A DNA stretch of 64,000 bases from Candidatus Limnocylindrales bacterium (GCA_025450915.1 JANWLH010000066.1:6117-70116), one strand, 5' to 3'; counted from the stretch's first letter, positions 54,029 through 63,877 are shown. Notes: a model not told the origin generated them from the sequence alone. Numbers and translations: made by a program.

Positions 54029-54756
54029 TCGAGACCGGCGCGACCACGATCCTGCTCGTCGAGGATGACGCCGAGACGCGCCGCCAGGTTGCGACCCTGC
54101 TCGAGCATCACGACTACCGGGTGGCCGAGGCGGCTGATGCGGAGTCGGCTTTGGCCACGTTCGTGGCCGAGACGCCTGACCTGATCCTGCTTGACCTGGG
54201 GCTGCCGGATCGCGATGGACTCGTCGTCGTCGAACGCGTTCGGGCGGCCGGGACCACGCCGATCCTGGTCCTCTCGGCGCGTGATCGAGAAGTGGACAAG
54301 GTCCTGGCCCTCGAGGCCGGCGCCGACGATTACCTGGCCAAGCCGTTCGGGATGGCCGAGCTCCGGGCCAGGATCAGTGCGGTCCTCCGTCGGACCGCAC
54401 TGATCGCGGCCGACGCCGGTGGGCTGGAGGTCATCAGGATCGGCGACCTGGAGCTGGATCCGGTGTCGCACACGGCTCGCGTCGCGGAGGAGCCGGTGCA
54501 CTTCACCCGGCTCGAGTTCGAGGTCCTCCGGGTCCTGGCCGAGCATGCCGGCCAGCTCGTGACCTACGGCCGGCTCCTGCGATCGGTGTGGGGCACGGCC
54601 TATGGCGACGAGGCCCACTACGTCCACGTCTACGTCGGCCAGATCCGCCGGAAGATCCGGCGCGCCGATCCGGCAGGCCGCCTGGCGGACCTCATCGTGC
54701 CCGAGCCCGGAGTGGGCTACCGGGTCCGCGCCGGGGCCGATCCCGCTCCGCGTTGA
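54025..54756 (+). CDS. Second OmpR/PhoB-type response regulator (KdpE-like paralog)
   Basis: The TTG start shares a TTGA overlap with the kinase stop. It has ILLVEDD, DLILLDLGLPDRDG, DDYLAKPF, and LTRLEFEVLRVL.. GYRV. Confidence 0.88.
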   Translation: MIETGATTILLVEDDAETRRQVATLLEHHDYRVAEAADAESALATFVAETPDLILLDLGLPDRDGLVVVERVRAAGTTPILVLSARDREVDKVLALEAGADDYLAKPFGMAELRARISAVLRRTALIAADAGGLEVIRIGDLELDPVSHTARVAEEPVHFTRLEFEVLRVLAEHAGQLVTYGRLLRSVWGTAYGDEAHYVHVYVGQIRRKIRRADPAGRLADLIVPEPGVGYRVRAGADPAPR

Positions 54757-54824
54757 GCGATCCTTGATCGGTCCCGGTCGCCAGGTGCTCGCGGCCTCGT
54801 GGGGCAGGGCTCGACGATAGGGAC

Positions 54825-55094
54825 ATGGAACTCGCAAGAACTCTCGACTCGTCCCTGACCAGGCGCTCGATCGAACGCGAGCTGGATTTGGTCGCTGTTG
54901 CGATCCGGATGGTCGCCGGTGGCGGTGCCCCCGGCGTCACGATCGTCGGCCTCGAATTCGGACCGGCCGTGCTCGAAGGCTCGAACGAGGCGGCCCATGA
55001 CGCGGGCGTCGAGCTCGAGGCCCTGTGGCAACCCGAGGACTCGCGCTGCGACATCCGGGTCCATCGCCACGGAGAGACCGCCGATGCCGACTGA
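54825..55094 (+). CDS. Hypothetical 89-aa protein at the head of the kdp operon
   Basis: Strong GC3 bias in this frame. It overlaps the following receiver gene by 11 nt. I recognise no family. Confidence 0.5.
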   Translation: MELARTLDSSLTRRSIERELDLVAVAIRMVAGGGAPGVTIVGLEFGPAVLEGSNEAAHDAGVELEALWQPEDSRCDIRVHRHGETADAD

Positions 55095-55506
55095 CCGGAC
55101 AGCCGCGCAGGGATCGGTTCTGCTGGTCGACGACGACGATGTCTTCGTCGACCTTGTCCGGCGCCATCTCGCGGCTCACGGCTACACCGTCGCCACGGCC
55201 GGCTCGGTCATGGCCGCGCGGGAGCTCCTCCGCGCCGACCACCCGGCCCTGCTGATCCTGGACATCAACCTGCCCGATGACTCGGGCTGGGCGCTGCTCC
55301 GCGACGAGAGCCTGGTGGCGGCCGGGTCGCCGCCCGTCGTGATCATGAGCGGTACCCAGATCCGACCGGAGCGACTGCGCGAGTTCCGCGTCGCGGGCTA
55401 TCTGCCGAAGCCGGTCTCGATGTCCCTCCTGACGTCGTGCATCGATCGTTTCATCAATGAATCCGGGACGGGCATCACGGCGGACTCATCCGGGGTGCCC
55501 GGGTGA
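55084..55506 (+). CDS. Single-domain response regulator (CheY-like receiver)
   Basis: ATG 55084 within ORF 54898..55506. It has VLLVDDDD, the acceptor region LLILDINLPDDSG, and GYLPKPV with the conserved Lys. Confidence 0.85.
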   Translation: MPTDRTAAQGSVLLVDDDDVFVDLVRRHLAAHGYTVATAGSVMAARELLRADHPALLILDINLPDDSGWALLRDESLVAAGSPPVVIMSGTQIRPERLREFRVAGYLPKPVSMSLLTSCIDRFINESGTGITADSSGVPG

Positions 55507-55589
55507 ATGACCTCGAGATCCTGCTGATCGCCGTTGCGGCAGTGGTCATCGTTGCCGGATACCTCTGGCTCTGCGACCGGGTGCGCTGA
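55503..55589 (+). CDS. 28-aa hydrophobic micropeptide, KdpF-like, immediately upstream of kdpF
   Basis: Own translation from the GTG (GTGA overlap with the receiver stop): VNDLEILLIAVAAVVIVAGYLWLCDRVR. The stop overlaps the kdpF ATG (TGATG). It is a single TM helix with the GYL motif also seen in KdpF. Confidence 0.45.
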   Translation: MNDLEILLIAVAAVVIVAGYLWLCDRVR

Positions 55590-55678
55590 TGAGCCTCATC
55601 GACCTCATCACCGCGTTGGCCACCGTGTTCGTCTTCGTGTACCTGATCTGGGCGCTCCTCCGCCCCGAGGACTTCTAG
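55589..55678 (+). CDS. kdpF: K+-transporting ATPase subunit F
   Basis: Own translation: MSLIDLITALATVFVFVYLIWALLRPEDF. It is 29 aa with the canonical YL..AL..PE.F ending and lies 2 nt upstream of kdpA. Confidence 0.85.
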   Translation: MSLIDLITALATVFVFVYLIWALLRPEDF

Positions 55679-55680
55679 CC

Positions 55681-57390
55681 GTGTCCATGCCCGATTTCCT
55701 GACCTTCGCCGCGCTCCTCGCGGCGTTGCTCCTCGCGACCCCGATCCTGGGCGGCTACATGTACCGCGTCTTCGAGGGCGAACGGACGGTCTTCAGCCCC
55801 GTCCTGCGGCCGGTCGAACGGGCGATGTACCGGATCGCCGGTGTCGACGAAACCGTCGAGCAGGGCTGGAAGGGGTACACGGTCTCGGTCCTCCTGCTGG
55901 CCCTGGTCAGCATCCTGGCCGTCTACGCGATCCTCCGCCTCCAGGCCGGCCTGCCGCTCAACGCCAACTCGGCGCCGGCGATGAGCCCGGACCTGTCCTT
56001 CAACACCGCCATCAGCTTCGTCACGAACACGAACTGGCAGAACTACTCGGGCGAGGTCGCGGCCAGCAACCTGGCCCAGGCCGGCGGGCTCGTCGTCCAG
56101 ATGTTCGTCTCGGCGGCGATGGGCCTGGCGGTGGCCATCGCCCTGGTCCGGGGCCTCGTCCGACGAAGTGCCTCGACCCTGGGCAACTTCTGGGTCGACG
56201 TCACCCGGGGCGTCCTGTACATCCTGCTGCCGATCAGCATCGTCGCCGCGGTCATCCTGGTCTGGCAGGGCGTGCCCCAGACGCTCAACGCACCGAGCAC
56301 GATCACGACCCTCCAGGGCGCCCACCAGACCCTGTCGATCGGGCCGATCGCGTCCCAGGAAGCGATCAAGGAGCTCGGCAACAACGGCGGCGGGTTCCTC
56401 AACGCGAACTCCGGCCATCCCTTCGAGAACCCGACGGGGCTGTCCAACTTCCTCGAGATGTTCCTGATCCTGCTCGCGCCGTTTGCCCTGACCTACACGT
56501 TCGGTCGCTACGCCGGCAAGCAGCGCCAGGGCTGGGTGCTCCTCGGAGCGATGGCCTTCATCTTCGTGGTCGGCGCGATCTTCCTGATGCACGTCGAGGC
56601 CAATGGCAACCAGCTCTTCCCGGCGGGCGTCGACCAGGCGCTCGGCAACATGGAGGGCAAAGAGGTCCGGTTCGGCTCGGCCGTCAGCGGCCTGTTCGCG
56701 ACGATCACCACCGATACCAGCACGGGCGCCGTCATCGCGATGCACGACAGCCTCACGCCGATCGGCGGCCTGGTCCCCCTGTTCAACCTGATCCTCGGTG
56801 AGATCTCGCCGGGCGGCATCGGCGCCGGCCTGTACGGGATGCTCGTGATCGGAGCCATCCTGTCGGTCTTCATCGCGGGGCTCATGGTCGGCCGGACGCC
56901 CGAGTACCTCGGCAAGAAGGTCGAGAGCTACGAGATGAAGATGGCCATGCTGACCGTCCTGGTCCTGGCGGTGAGCATCCTCGGCTTCGCCGCGGTCGCG
57001 ACCGCCACCCAGCCCGGCCAGGCCGGGCCGCTGAATGCCGGTCCGCACGGCTTCTCCGAGATCCTGTATGCCTTTGCCAGCCAGACGGCGAACAACGGCT
57101 CGGCGTTCGCCGGCCTGACCGGCAACACGCCCTTCTACAACGTCCTCGGCGGGATCGCCATGTTGATCGGTCGCTTCGGGATGATCATCCCGATCCTTGC
57201 CCTGGCCGGGTCAATGGCCGCCAAGCGCCGTGTCGCTCCCTCGCTGGGCACCTTCCCGACGACCGGGGTGATCTTCGGCGTGCTCCTCGTCGGCGTCGTC
57301 GTGATCGTCGGCGCGCTCACGTTCTTCCCGGCCCTCGCACTGGGCCCGATCGTCGAACAGCTTCTCCAGAACGCGGGAAAGGTCTTCTAG
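55681..57390 (+). CDS. kdpA: K+-transporting ATPase subunit A
   Basis: Start at GTG 55681 or ATG 55687 within ORF 55534..57390. It has [26 protein letters not shown] and [12 protein letters not shown] selectivity-filter-like repeats. Confidence 0.93.
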   Translation: MSMPDFLTFAALLAALLLATPILGGYMYRVFEGERTVFSPVLRPVERAMYRIAGVDETVEQGWKGYTVSVLLLALVSILAVYAILRLQAGLPLNANSAPAMSPDLSFNTAISFVTNTNWQNYSGEVAASNLAQAGGLVVQMFVSAAMGLAVAIALVRGLVRRSASTLGNFWVDVTRGVLYILLPISIVAAVILVWQGVPQTLNAPSTITTLQGAHQTLSIGPIASQEAIKELGNNGGGFLNANSGHPFENPTGLSNFLEMFLILLAPFALTYTFGRYAGKQRQGWVLLGAMAFIFVVGAIFLMHVEANGNQLFPAGVDQALGNMEGKEVRFGSAVSGLFATITTDTSTGAVIAMHDSLTPIGGLVPLFNLILGEISPGGIGAGLYGMLVIGAILSVFIAGLMVGRTPEYLGKKVESYEMKMAMLTVLVLAVSILGFAAVATATQPGQAGPLNAGPHGFSEILYAFASQTANNGSAFAGLTGNTPFYNVLGGIAMLIGRFGMIIPILALAGSMAAKRRVAPSLGTFPTTGVIFGVLLVGVVVIVGALTFFPALALGPIVEQLLQNAGKVF

Positions 57391-57394
57391 CATC

Positions 57395-59575
57395 GTGAGC
57401 ATCCTCGAATCGATCGACCTGTCGGGTGGCACGCGCCGCTTCCAGCGCTTCGGCGGGCGGGGCAAGGCCGACGGACGGGGAGCCCCGGCCGGCGGCGCCC
57501 CGGGACCGAGGGGCATCCTCGACCCCGACCTCCTCCGGGCTGCGCTGCCGGAGTCGGTTCGCAAGCTGAACCCGCGCTACCTGATCAAGAACCCGGTGAT
57601 GTTCGTGGTCGAGATCACGGCCGCGCTCGTCACCCTGATCGCGATTGCCAACGTGACCGGCTTCGAGCCGGTCGGCGGTCCGTCCGGCCTGGGCTTCCAG
57701 GTCCAGATCGCGATCTGGCTCTGGTTCACCGTCCTGTTCGCGACCTACGCCGAGGCGGTAGCCGAAGCCCGCGGCCGCGCCCAGGCGGCGACCCTGCGCC
57801 GGGCGCGCTCCGTCACCCAGGCGCATCGACGCACGGCCGACGGTACGCTCGAGCTCGTCGGCTCGGCCGAGCTGCGACGGGGCGACGTGATCGTCGTGAT
57901 GGAGGGCGAGACCATCCCCGGTGACGGCGACGTCATCGAAGGCATCGGCTTCGTCAACGAGTCGGCGATCACCGGCGAGTCCGCGCCCGTCCTGAAGGAG
58001 CCCGGGACAGACATCCGGAGCAGCGTGACCGGTGGGACGACCCTCACCAGTGACCAGCTCACGATCCAGATCAGCGCCGATCCGGGCGAGACCTTCCTCG
58101 ACCGGATGATCGCCCTCGTCGAGGGTGCGAAGCGCCAACGCACGCCCAATGAGATCGCCCTGTCGATCCTGCTCGCGGGCCTGACGATCGTGTTCTTCCT
58201 CGCGGTTGTCACGCTCCGGCCCTTCGGTGATTTCGCGGGCGCGACCGTCGACACTGTCGCCCTCGTCGCCCTCCTCGTCTGCCTGATCCCGACGACGATT
58301 GGCGGCCTGCTGTCGGCCATCGGGATCGCGGGGATGGACCGGGTCGCCCGGTTCAACGTCCTGGCCATGAGTGGCCGGGCCGTCGAGGCCTCAGGCGACG
58401 TCGACGTGATCCTCCTCGACAAGACCGGCACGATCACCTACGGCAACCGCCTGGCGGCGTCGGTCACCGCCGCACCCGGCGTCACGGAGACGGAGGCGCT
58501 GACCGCCGCCCTCGTGGCGTCGGCCCACGACGAGACGCCTGAGGGCAAGTCGGTCGTGGATCTGGCCCGCCGCCGGCTGGCGGAGCTCAAGGCACCCGGT
58601 GGGACCGACGACGAGCCCGGCTTCAAGGCGCTGACGGCCACGATCAGCGAGGACATTCCGTTCCGCGCCGAGACCCGCTCGAGCGGTGTCCGCCTGGCCA
58701 GCGGCCAGCTGGTGCTCAAGGGCGCCGTCGATGCGATCGAGCACGACCTGGACGCGGCGCTGCCGCCGATCATCCGGGACGAGACCGACCGCCTGGCCGA
58801 TGCCGGAGCGACTCCCCTGGCGATGCGCCAGGACGGCCGGATCATCGGCCTGATCGAGCTCAAGGACACTGTCAAGGAAGGCCTCGTCGAGCGCTTCGCC
58901 GAGTTCCGCAGGATGGGCATCCGGACGGTCATGGTCACTGGCGACAACCCGCGCACCGCCGCGACGATCGCCCGCGAAGCCGGGGTCGACGACTTCATCG
59001 CCCAGGCCAAGCCCGAGGACAAGATCGGCTTCATCCGCAGGGAGCAGGCCGATGGCCACCTCGTGGCGATGACCGGCGACGGGACGAACGACGCACCAGC
59101 CCTCGCGCAGGCTGACGTCGGGCTGGCGATGAACAGCGGAACGTCGGCGGCCAAGGAGGCCGCCAACATGGTCGACCTCGACTCCGACCCGACGAAGCTG
59201 CTCGAGGTCATCGCGATCGGCAAGCAGCTCCTGATCACGCGCGGCTCGATCACGACCTTCTCGATCGCCAACGACGTGGCCAAGTACTTCGCGATCGTGC
59301 CGGCGATGTTCGCCGCGGTCTACCCGGAGCTCAACCAGCTCAACATCATGGGCCTGTCCACGCCCCAGAGCGCGATCCTCTCGGCGGTCATCTTCAATGC
59401 GCTGGTCATCGTCGCCCTGATCCCCCTCGCCCTGCGCGGGGTCGGCTTCCGGCCGGCTCCGGCGAGCGAGCTCCTCCAGCGCAACCTGCTCATCTACGGC
59501 CTCGGCGGGATCATCGCCCCCTTCATCGGGATCAAGGCGGTTGACCTCCTCGTGACCGCCCTCCACCTGGCATAG
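57395..59575 (+). CDS. kdpB: K+-transporting P-type ATPase subunit B
   Basis: The phosphorylation site is DKTGTIT, with [14 protein letters not shown] and the hinge [16 protein letters not shown]. Confidence 0.95.
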   Translation: MSILESIDLSGGTRRFQRFGGRGKADGRGAPAGGAPGPRGILDPDLLRAALPESVRKLNPRYLIKNPVMFVVEITAALVTLIAIANVTGFEPVGGPSGLGFQVQIAIWLWFTVLFATYAEAVAEARGRAQAATLRRARSVTQAHRRTADGTLELVGSAELRRGDVIVVMEGETIPGDGDVIEGIGFVNESAITGESAPVLKEPGTDIRSSVTGGTTLTSDQLTIQISADPGETFLDRMIALVEGAKRQRTPNEIALSILLAGLTIVFFLAVVTLRPFGDFAGATVDTVALVALLVCLIPTTIGGLLSAIGIAGMDRVARFNVLAMSGRAVEASGDVDVILLDKTGTITYGNRLAASVTAAPGVTETEALTAALVASAHDETPEGKSVVDLARRRLAELKAPGGTDDEPGFKALTATISEDIPFRAETRSSGVRLASGQLVLKGAVDAIEHDLDAALPPIIRDETDRLADAGATPLAMRQDGRIIGLIELKDTVKEGLVERFAEFRRMGIRTVMVTGDNPRTAATIAREAGVDDFIAQAKPEDKIGFIRREQADGHLVAMTGDGTNDAPALAQADVGLAMNSGTSAAKEAANMVDLDSDPTKLLEVIAIGKQLLITRGSITTFSIANDVAKYFAIVPAMFAAVYPELNQLNIMGLSTPQSAILSAVIFNALVIVALIPLALRGVGFRPAPASELLQRNLLIYGLGGIIAPFIGIKAVDLLVTALHLA

Positions 59576-59586
59576 GAAGCCAAGCG

Positions 59587-60192
59587 ATGCGTACCTTCGT
59601 GACTCAGCAACTTCGTCCAGCCATCCTGCTCCTGCTCCTCCTGACCCTGGTGACCGGGGTCGCGTACCCCGGCATCGTGACCGCGATCGGCCAGTTCGCC
59701 TTTCCGAGTCAGGCCAATGGCTCGTTCATCACCGTCAACGGAACGGAGGTCGGTTCCAGCCTGATCGGCCAGGCCTTCGACCAGCCGAACTACTTCTGGG
59801 GTCGTCCGTCCAACGCCGGCGTGACCCCGAGCAACCCGGCCGGCTACGACGGGACGGCCAGCGGCGGCTCCAACCTCGGTCCCACGAGCAAGGCCCTGAT
59901 CGACCGGATCACGGCCTCCGTCGACCAGCTCCGCCAGGCGAACGGCAATGCGCCGATCCCCGTTGACCTCGTGACCTCGTCGGCGTCCGGCCTGGATCCC
60001 GATATCAGCCCGGCCGCTGCCGACTACCAGGTGGCAAGGGTGGCGGCCGCGCGGGGCATGACGCCGGATGCCGTCCGGGCAGTCGTCGCCCGGCATACGA
60101 CCCAGCCGCTGTTCGGGTTCCTCGGCGAGCCGATCGTCAACGTGCTCGAGCTGAACCTCGACCTCGACGGCTTGCTGACCACGAAGTCATGA
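59587..60192 (+). CDS. kdpC: K+-transporting ATPase subunit C
   Basis: It has an N-terminal TM helix and the motifs YFWGRPS, SGGSNLGPT, SASGLDPDISPAAA and QPLFGFLGEPIVNVLELNL. Confidence 0.93.
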   Translation: MRTFVTQQLRPAILLLLLLTLVTGVAYPGIVTAIGQFAFPSQANGSFITVNGTEVGSSLIGQAFDQPNYFWGRPSNAGVTPSNPAGYDGTASGGSNLGPTSKALIDRITASVDQLRQANGNAPIPVDLVTSSASGLDPDISPAAADYQVARVAAARGMTPDAVRAVVARHTTQPLFGFLGEPIVNVLELNLDLDGLLTTKS

Positions 60193-61364
60193 ACGCGGGC
60201 GGCTCAGCGCCTGAGGACCGCGGGGCCCGACCGACGGGCGACGAGATGCTCGCGCGTGTCTCCGCCGACGATGCCGCCGAGCGCGGCCGCCTGCGCCTCT
60301 ACCTGGGCATGGCCCCGGGGGTCGGCAAGACCTACCGGATGCTCGAGGAAGGCCACCGGCGCATCGAGCGTGGCACCGACGTCGTCGTCGGCTTCGTCGA
60401 AGTCCACGGTCGGCCGCGGACCCAGGCGCTGCTCGAGGGCCTGGAGGTCGTGCCCCGCTTGCGGGTCGAGTACCAGGGCGTCCAGGTCGAGGAGATGGAC
60501 ACCGACGCGATCATCGCCCGGCACCCGGCAGTCGCCCTGATCGATGAGCTGGCCCATACGAACGTGCCGGGTTCAGCCCGCGAGAAGCGCTGGCAGGATG
60601 TCGAGCTGATTCGGGATGCCGGGATCGACGTCATCAGCACGTGCAACGTCCAGCACCTCGAATCCGTCGCGGACGCGGTCGCCACGATCGTCGGGGCACC
60701 GGTCAACGAGCGGGTCCCGGACGAGGTCGTGGAGGGCGCCGACGAGGTCGAGCTCGTCGATATGAGCCCGCACGCCCTGCGCCAGCGGATCCGCCACGGC
60801 AACGTCTACCCGCCCGAACGCGCCCGGGTTGCCCTCGAGCGCTTCTTCACCGAGCCGAACCTGACGGCGTTGCGCGAGCTTTCGCTGCGCTTCGTCACCC
60901 GGGCGGTCGACGAGAAGCTCGAGGAGATCGTCAGCGAGCAGGGGCTCGGGCGATTGCGTCCCGTGAGCGAGCGGGTCCTCGTCGTCGTCGACGACCGGCT
61001 CATCAGCCGTCGTGCGCTTCGTCGCGGGGCGACGCTCGCCTCGGCGCTCGGCGCCGGCCTGACTGCCGCGGTCATCGTGACCCCGGCGATCGAGCGCCTC
61101 GCATTCGACCGTGCCCGGGACCTCCAGGAGCATCTCGACTATGCCCTGGACCTGGGCGCCGACATCGTCCAGCATCCCGCCCGGGATCTCGTTGCCGGGC
61201 TGGTCGAGCTGGGCAGGAGCTTGCGGGTCACCCACGTCGTCCTCGGTCGCGAGGCCCGCGCCGGGCTCGCCGGTCGCTTTGCTCCGAGCCTCCCGGATCA
61301 GCTCCTCCGGCTGATGCCCGAGATCGAGGTCCACCTGGTCGGCGAAGGGGTGCCTGGGTCCTGA
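60189..61364 (+). CDS. kdpD: Stand-alone KdpD N-terminal sensor domain (KdpD-N plus Usp-like), no kinase core
   Basis: ATGA overlap with the kdpC stop. It has LRLYLGMAPGVGKTYRML (P-loop), LIDELAHTN and STCNVQHLES, then a Usp-like half. It ends at 391 aa with no TM or HisKA region. Confidence 0.9.
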   Translation: MNAGGSAPEDRGARPTGDEMLARVSADDAAERGRLRLYLGMAPGVGKTYRMLEEGHRRIERGTDVVVGFVEVHGRPRTQALLEGLEVVPRLRVEYQGVQVEEMDTDAIIARHPAVALIDELAHTNVPGSAREKRWQDVELIRDAGIDVISTCNVQHLESVADAVATIVGAPVNERVPDEVVEGADEVELVDMSPHALRQRIRHGNVYPPERARVALERFFTEPNLTALRELSLRFVTRAVDEKLEEIVSEQGLGRLRPVSERVLVVVDDRLISRRALRRGATLASALGAGLTAAVIVTPAIERLAFDRARDLQEHLDYALDLGADIVQHPARDLVAGLVELGRSLRVTHVVLGREARAGLAGRFAPSLPDQLLRLMPEIEVHLVGEGVPGS

Positions 61365-61466
61365 TCCGGGGTTTGGGCGGGTGGCGTCGCGGCCAGCAGC
61401 GCCAGCGCCGGGGAGCCTGCGCCGCCTCGCGCGGCCGACTGGGCACGATCCTCGCCACGGGGCGCG

Positions 61467-62129
61467 TTACCCGCGGAATCGCTCTGCGACCCCGCGGTCA
61501 TCAGGGGCCGACTTGCGCAGATACCGGTAGGCGACTGCGGCGGCGGTCGAGCCAAGAATTGGTGCGACCAAGTAGATCCACAGGCTGCCGACTGAGCCGG
61601 AGACGAGCGCGGGTCCAATCGAGCGAGCCGGGTTCATCGATGCGCCGCTGACCGAACCGCCGACGATTGCAGCGAGGGCAATCGTCGCGCCGATCGCGAG
61701 CGCCGCGGCGTTGCCGACCGCCCGATCGTCGGTTGCGACGGCCGTAACGACGAGCATCAGGAAGAACGTCAGGATCGCCTCCCAGGCGAGGGCCTGCAGG
61801 TCCGAGCCATGTGGCTGCGTCACGCCCAGGCTCACGCCAGGACCGAGGGTCAGGCGCAACACGAGCGCCGCCGCGATCGCGCCCGTGACCTGTGCGGCGG
61901 CGTAGGTCACGACTCGGCCCCAGGGCATGTGGCCGCCGATCGCGAAGCCGACCGAGACGGCCGGATTGAAGTGGGCGCCGGAGATATGGCCGAGGGCGTA
62001 GACCATCGCCGCGATCACCAGCCCGAACGCGAGGGCCACCGCGACCGGAGACAGGCGGTCGGCGATCGCGCCGCAGCCGAAGAAGACGAGGGCGAACGTC
62101 CCGATCAGCTCGGCGATGTGGGCCCTCAA
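61467..62129 (-). CDS. MIP-family channel (aquaglyceroporin, AqpS-like candidate arsenite channel)
   Basis: The TTG start shares a TTGA overlap with the upstream MerR-ArsC stop. There are two NPA boxes (GAHFNPAVS, GASMNPARS). The upstream part of ORF 61467..62321 is rejected. Confidence 0.85.
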   Translation of the reverse strand: MRAHIAELIGTFALVFFGCGAIADRLSPVAVALAFGLVIAAMVYALGHISGAHFNPAVSVGFAIGGHMPWGRVVTYAAAQVTGAIAAALVLRLTLGPGVSLGVTQPHGSDLQALAWEAILTFFLMLVVTAVATDDRAVGNAAALAIGATIALAAIVGGSVSGASMNPARSIGPALVSGSVGSLWIYLVAPILGSTAAAVAYRYLRKSAPDDRGVAERFRG

Positions 62130-62962
62130 CCGGCGATCGCGGCACGCGGCGGTCGACCGGCGGCGCGGAGCGCGACTTCGATGAACGGCCGCAGCCTCGC
62201 GGCGACATCGACCTGGGTTCGCCGGAACGCTTCGAGCTTCTCGGCGTCCGTGCCTTCGACGTCGGACGGATCGTCGAGGCCCCAGTGGAGCGAGTTCATC
62301 GATCCGGGAAAGACCGGACACGTGGCCCGGGCCCGGTCACAGACGGTGATGACGTAGTCGAACTGCTGGTCGAGGAACTCGCCGATCACCTTGCTTCGAG
62401 CATGGCTCCAGTCGATCCCCAGCTCGCCCAGGACCTGGACGGCCAGCGGGTTGACGCGCGTCGCCTCTGTCCCCGCGGAATGGACCTCGAAGTCGTCGCC
62501 ACCGTAGCGTTGCAGGAGCGCCTCGGCGATCTGGCTGCGAGCCGAGTTGTGGGTGCACACGAAGAGGACCCTGATCGGCGCGGATGGCACGGGACGCTCC
62601 TTCCTGCTGGCTCGGCCGGCAGCCGCGATCGTCATCTCGAGATCGAGGAGCTCGCCCTCGAGCCGGTCGAGGTCGGCACGCTGGCGTTCGATCGCGACCC
62701 GCTGTCCGGCGAGCACCGGCGCGAGGTCGAGGTCGACGGCACCGCGCTCGATGCACAGCCGGGCGAGCCGGCCGGCGTCCTGGGGGGCCAGCCCGAGGCG
62801 GCGCAGCGAGACGACGAGCCGGAGGCGGGCAAGGTCGGGTTCGGCGTAGTCGCGGTAGCCGTTCTCCTCCCGCGAGGCCGGCGGGATGACCCCAGCGGTC
62901 TCGTACCAGCGGACGGCCGAAGCGGCAATACCGGCTCTTCGGGCGAGCTCAGCAATCTTCAT
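62126..62962 (-). CDS. Fusion protein: MerR-family HTH/coiled-coil domain plus LMW-PTP-type arsenate reductase (ArsC)
   Basis: The N-terminus MKIAELARRAGIAASAVRWYETAGVI..ENGYRDY is a MerR HTH, followed by a dimerisation helix. The C-terminal half has VLFVCTHNSARS (CX5R P-loop) and VITVCDRARATCP (the second and third Cys of thioredoxin-coupled ArsC). Confidence 0.88.
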   Translation of the reverse strand: MKIAELARRAGIAASAVRWYETAGVIPPASREENGYRDYAEPDLARLRLVVSLRRLGLAPQDAGRLARLCIERGAVDLDLAPVLAGQRVAIERQRADLDRLEGELLDLEMTIAAAGRASRKERPVPSAPIRVLFVCTHNSARSQIAEALLQRYGGDDFEVHSAGTEATRVNPLAVQVLGELGIDWSHARSKVIGEFLDQQFDYVITVCDRARATCPVFPGSMNSLHWGLDDPSDVEGTDAEKLEAFRRTQVDVAARLRPFIEVALRAAGRPPRAAIAG

Positions 62963-62968
62963 GGCCTA

Positions 62969-62999
62969 ACCCTAGACCTTGAAGTAGCTCGAAGGTCAA
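62969..62999 (-). promoter_or_regulatory. MerR-type promoter with 19-bp spacer and internal dyad, leaderless, driving the MerR-ArsC/aquaporin genes
   Basis: Minus strand: TTGACC (62999-62994), a 19-nt spacer, TAGGGT (62974-62969), then 6 nt to ATG 62962. The dyad GACCTT-N11-AAGGTC (62975-62997) spans the spacer. Confidence 0.6.
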
Positions 63000-63032
63000 G
63001 CCCCGATTTGCATCAAGGCAGGGCGCCTGGTT

Positions 63033-63842
63033 TCAGCAGCAGCCGCCGCCGCCACAGCCGCAACCCGACTCGGCGACGGGTAGCTGTCGCGCCGAGAGGT
63101 CGATCGACGGCTTGGCGTCGAGCGGCTTTGACGCCTTGACGATGGTGCTGAGCATGCCGTCCGCGACCGGGTGGCTGGGCGTGAGCGAAATATCGACGAG
63201 GCCCACCGCCTCGAGGCCGGTGCGATAGTCCGAGAACGACAGTGCGCCGGCGATGCAGCCGACGAAGGAGCCGCGCTCCGCTCGCTGCTCGATCGTCAGG
63301 TGGTCCTCCGCGACGATGTCGCTGATTCCAATCCGGCCGCCCGGCCGCAGAACCCGGGCGATCTCCCGGAAGACCGCGGGCTTGTCCGCGGCCAGGTTGA
63401 TGACGCAGTTGCTGATGACGACGTCGACCGACTCAGCGGGCAACGGGATCGCTTCGATCTGACCGCGCACGAATTCGACGTTCGTCACGCCGGCCTCGGC
63501 CGCGTTGCGCTGGGCGAGGGCGAGCATCTCGTCGGTCATGTCGAGGCCGATCGCCCGGCCGGTCGCCCCGACCCGCCTCGCCGAGAGGAGCACGTCGATG
63601 CCACCGCCTGAGCCCAGGTCGAGGACCCGCTCGCCTTCGTGGAGCTCGGCGACGGCGATCGGGTTGCCGCAGCCGAGCGAGGCGAGCACGGCCGCATCCG
63701 GCAGCTCGTCCCGCTCGAGCGCCGAATAGAGCTCGCCGCCGATCGAGTCCGAGCTGCCGCTGCAGCAGCCACCATCATTCGCCTGGATGGCCGCGGCCGC
63801 GTAGCGCGCCCGGACCTCATCGTGGATCGTTTCGGTCGTCAT
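63033..63842 (-). CDS. arsM: Arsenite S-adenosylmethionine methyltransferase
   Basis: VRARYAAAA, the N-terminal Cys pair [24 protein letters not shown] (SAM motif I), VISNCVINL and GCIAGA. It has a Cys-rich tail [11 protein letters not shown] and an AGGAGA SD. Confidence 0.92.
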   Translation of the reverse strand: MTTETIHDEVRARYAAAAIQANDGGCCSGSSDSIGGELYSALERDELPDAAVLASLGCGNPIAVAELHEGERVLDLGSGGGIDVLLSARRVGATGRAIGLDMTDEMLALAQRNAAEAGVTNVEFVRGQIEAIPLPAESVDVVISNCVINLAADKPAVFREIARVLRPGGRIGISDIVAEDHLTIEQRAERGSFVGCIAGALSFSDYRTGLEAVGLVDISLTPSHPVADGMLSTIVKASKPLDAKPSIDLSARQLPVAESGCGCGGGGCC

Positions 63843-63877
63843 GCGGTGGGTCTCCTGGGTCGGCGGGATTGGACGCC

